A DNA stretch of 61,730 bases, filler included. It is 4 parts of 4 records of this genome, joined end to end, with 100 filler letters (N's around TTAATTAATTAA, not from the genome) between each part and the next. Parts side by side here need not be neighbours in the genome. Positions count along the whole stretch, not along the records: positions 54,141 to 61,730 come from SRR22947727_2547; 3 more parts are not named here. One strand, given 5' to 3'. A program made the translations under genes and the position numbers. Below the pieces are notes generated by a model. It saw only the letters and a program-made list of their open reading frames with translations. It was not told the DNA's origin and made no database searches. Below, piece after piece: positions 60,210 to 61,730 of this stretch (position 1 is its first letter; each line of letters opens with the position of its first letter).

Positions 60210-61730
60210 TCAGCTGGCCTCAGTCCCGCTGGCCTCAGTAGTCTCGTCCTGTGATCGGGGCAAGTGGGAGAATTTGGACATGAGCACTGAGCAACGCACC
60301 ACTAGAAAGGATCGATACAATAGAAACACAGGGATCGATGCGTGGAAGAGAAACGCACCAGGCTAAGGTCATCGTCGTCCAGGTCCTCCGTCTCGAGGTC
60401 CTCATCGTCGTCAGAGAGTTCGAGGTCATCGTCATCCAACTCGAGGTCGTCGTCGTCGTCTTCCTCCTCGTCGTCGTCAGACAGTTCCAAATCGTCATCG
60501 TCCAGGTCCAGGTCATCCGTATCCAGGTCCTCCAAGTCTTCTGACATTTCACTCAATTCACTCATATCACTCATCTCTGACAGCTCCGACTGCGACAACA
60601 GACATTTTTGTGGGTGTTATTAGTTCAAAACACACGAGTAATGCGGCAGAGGCTTGTTCATCCCGTCGCGCGCGGCGTGGTTTTTACCTCCGGCTTATCT
60701 TCGGCCGGTTGGGGCGGAGGAGGTTCGGCAATAGCAACCGGCTATCGCGCGCAGCAGAGCAAAGGACCGATGGATACTACATCGTGATCATCGAATACAT
60801 CGGCCCACCAAATACGACGGCAAAAGACAGCAAAGTGAAGACCCAGATCAAACATGATCATCATCACCCTCACAAATCATATCAGAAACAGAGAGCAAAG
60901 TGACCAACCTCGGGTTCGGGCGCCGGGGCGGGGGCGGGGGCGGGAGGCTTCGGTGCTGCCTTGGGCGTCGCAGCCTTGGGCGTCTTCGGTTTGGGAGGCG
61001 GCGGCATCATGACTGTCTCGGCCGCAGGGCCGGCGGCCTCGAGCTCAGCAATCTTTGCCAACAAAGCCTTGTTCTGGTTTCGCAGTGAGTCACGCTCGTC
61101 ATCGGCGCTGGCCATCGCCTCTTCGAGTTTGGACAAGTGTACAGTCCGCTCCTCTTTAATCTGCCCCTCAAGCTTGGTAATATTGGCCAGCGCTTTGTTG
61201 TGTTCCTCGGCCTTATACCGCAACCTCGACTCCACCTGGCGCTTCTCCGCCAGCAGGTTCTCGGCCTGGTCCTCGTGCTGCCGCATTTTCGTGGTCAGGC
61301 GGGTCTTGTCGCGGCGCAACTGCTCCTCCCTCTTCATGGACTTTTTCTTCATGTCCTCAGCACTGCACATAGACAAGTATGCTCGCCACCGGATAAAGGC
61401 CGATGTCATCGGCGTCACTTCGGCAGCCTGGATCACCTTCACCACCTGGAAAACCTTCCTCTGGAGTTTCGTCATCGCGAACGCCTCCTCGATCTCAAAA
61501 CTCCGCGGATCGACTTCGAGAATCTCCTTGCCGGGTTCGGCCATCTCGGCGGCAATGACTGCTGCCAGCTCCGTGATTCGGCGCTTCAGCTTTAGCTTTT
61601 GCCTGCCCTCCGGGGTGATGATGAACTTCTCCATGAGCTGGTCGTGCTCCTGCCTCAGATCCTCTACCCGGTTGGTCTCCTGCGACACATCCTGCGGGTC
61701 CTGCCCCAGCTTGGCCTCGATCGACATCAC
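60210..61730 (-). CDS. Spliced eukaryotic coiled-coil protein with Pro/Ala linker and long acidic tail (5'-truncated)
   Basis: Exons 61730-60909, 60589-60359 and 60248-60210 join in phase 0 through GT-AG introns: ...PEPE|SELSEMS...DDDDLSL|DETTEASGTEAS*. Confidence 0.72.

Noticed and set aside
60342-60623. Ser/Arg-rich plus-strand ORF resembling an SR protein
   Set aside because: It is the reverse complement of the Asp/Glu-rich exon, which has proper splice signals on the minus strand.

Overview
The window is not one locus. It is four unrelated contigs joined by artificial 100-nt spacers (44 N + TTAATTAATTAA + 44 N) at 16110-16209, 36227-36326 and 54041-54140. (1) 1-16109 is the replication/recombination core of a T4-like cyanomyovirus, all on the minus strand (gp3, uvsY, uvsW, gp55, gp47/46, a vWA-zincin plus CobS-like AAA pair, a denV-like gene, gp45, gp44, gp62, regA). 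A DNA adenine methylase and two tandem 2OG-Fe(II) oxygenases sit between gp44 and gp62. There are back-to-back sigma70 promoters upstream of gp55, and a fixed-spacing upstream motif is shared by two other promoters. (2) 16210-36226 is a gammaproteobacterium, probably marine: gor, a LexA-controlled imuA-imuB-dnaE2 mutagenesis cassette with repeat-derived insertions, several hydrolases, an M28 peptidase pseudogene, a CYP153-like P450 and a ceramidase. (3) 36327-54040 is an alphaproteobacterium (Rhodobacteraceae-like). It carries the best candidate for an undescribed system: a LacI-regulated catabolic cluster with a sugar-type ABC importer, four SnoaL/NTF2-fold proteins, a HisD/HpsN-family dehydrogenase, SDRs, a cupin and a MetE-like zinc enzyme. 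A decaying surface-glycan island follows it. (4) 54141-61730 is a GC-rich eukaryote with spliced genes (Deg/HtrA protease, GST, B-box/coiled-coil/discoidin-like protein, and a coiled-coil protein with an acidic tail). No rRNA, tRNA, CRISPR array or intact transposase was recognised. All family assignments come from motif recognition by eye, not from database searches.
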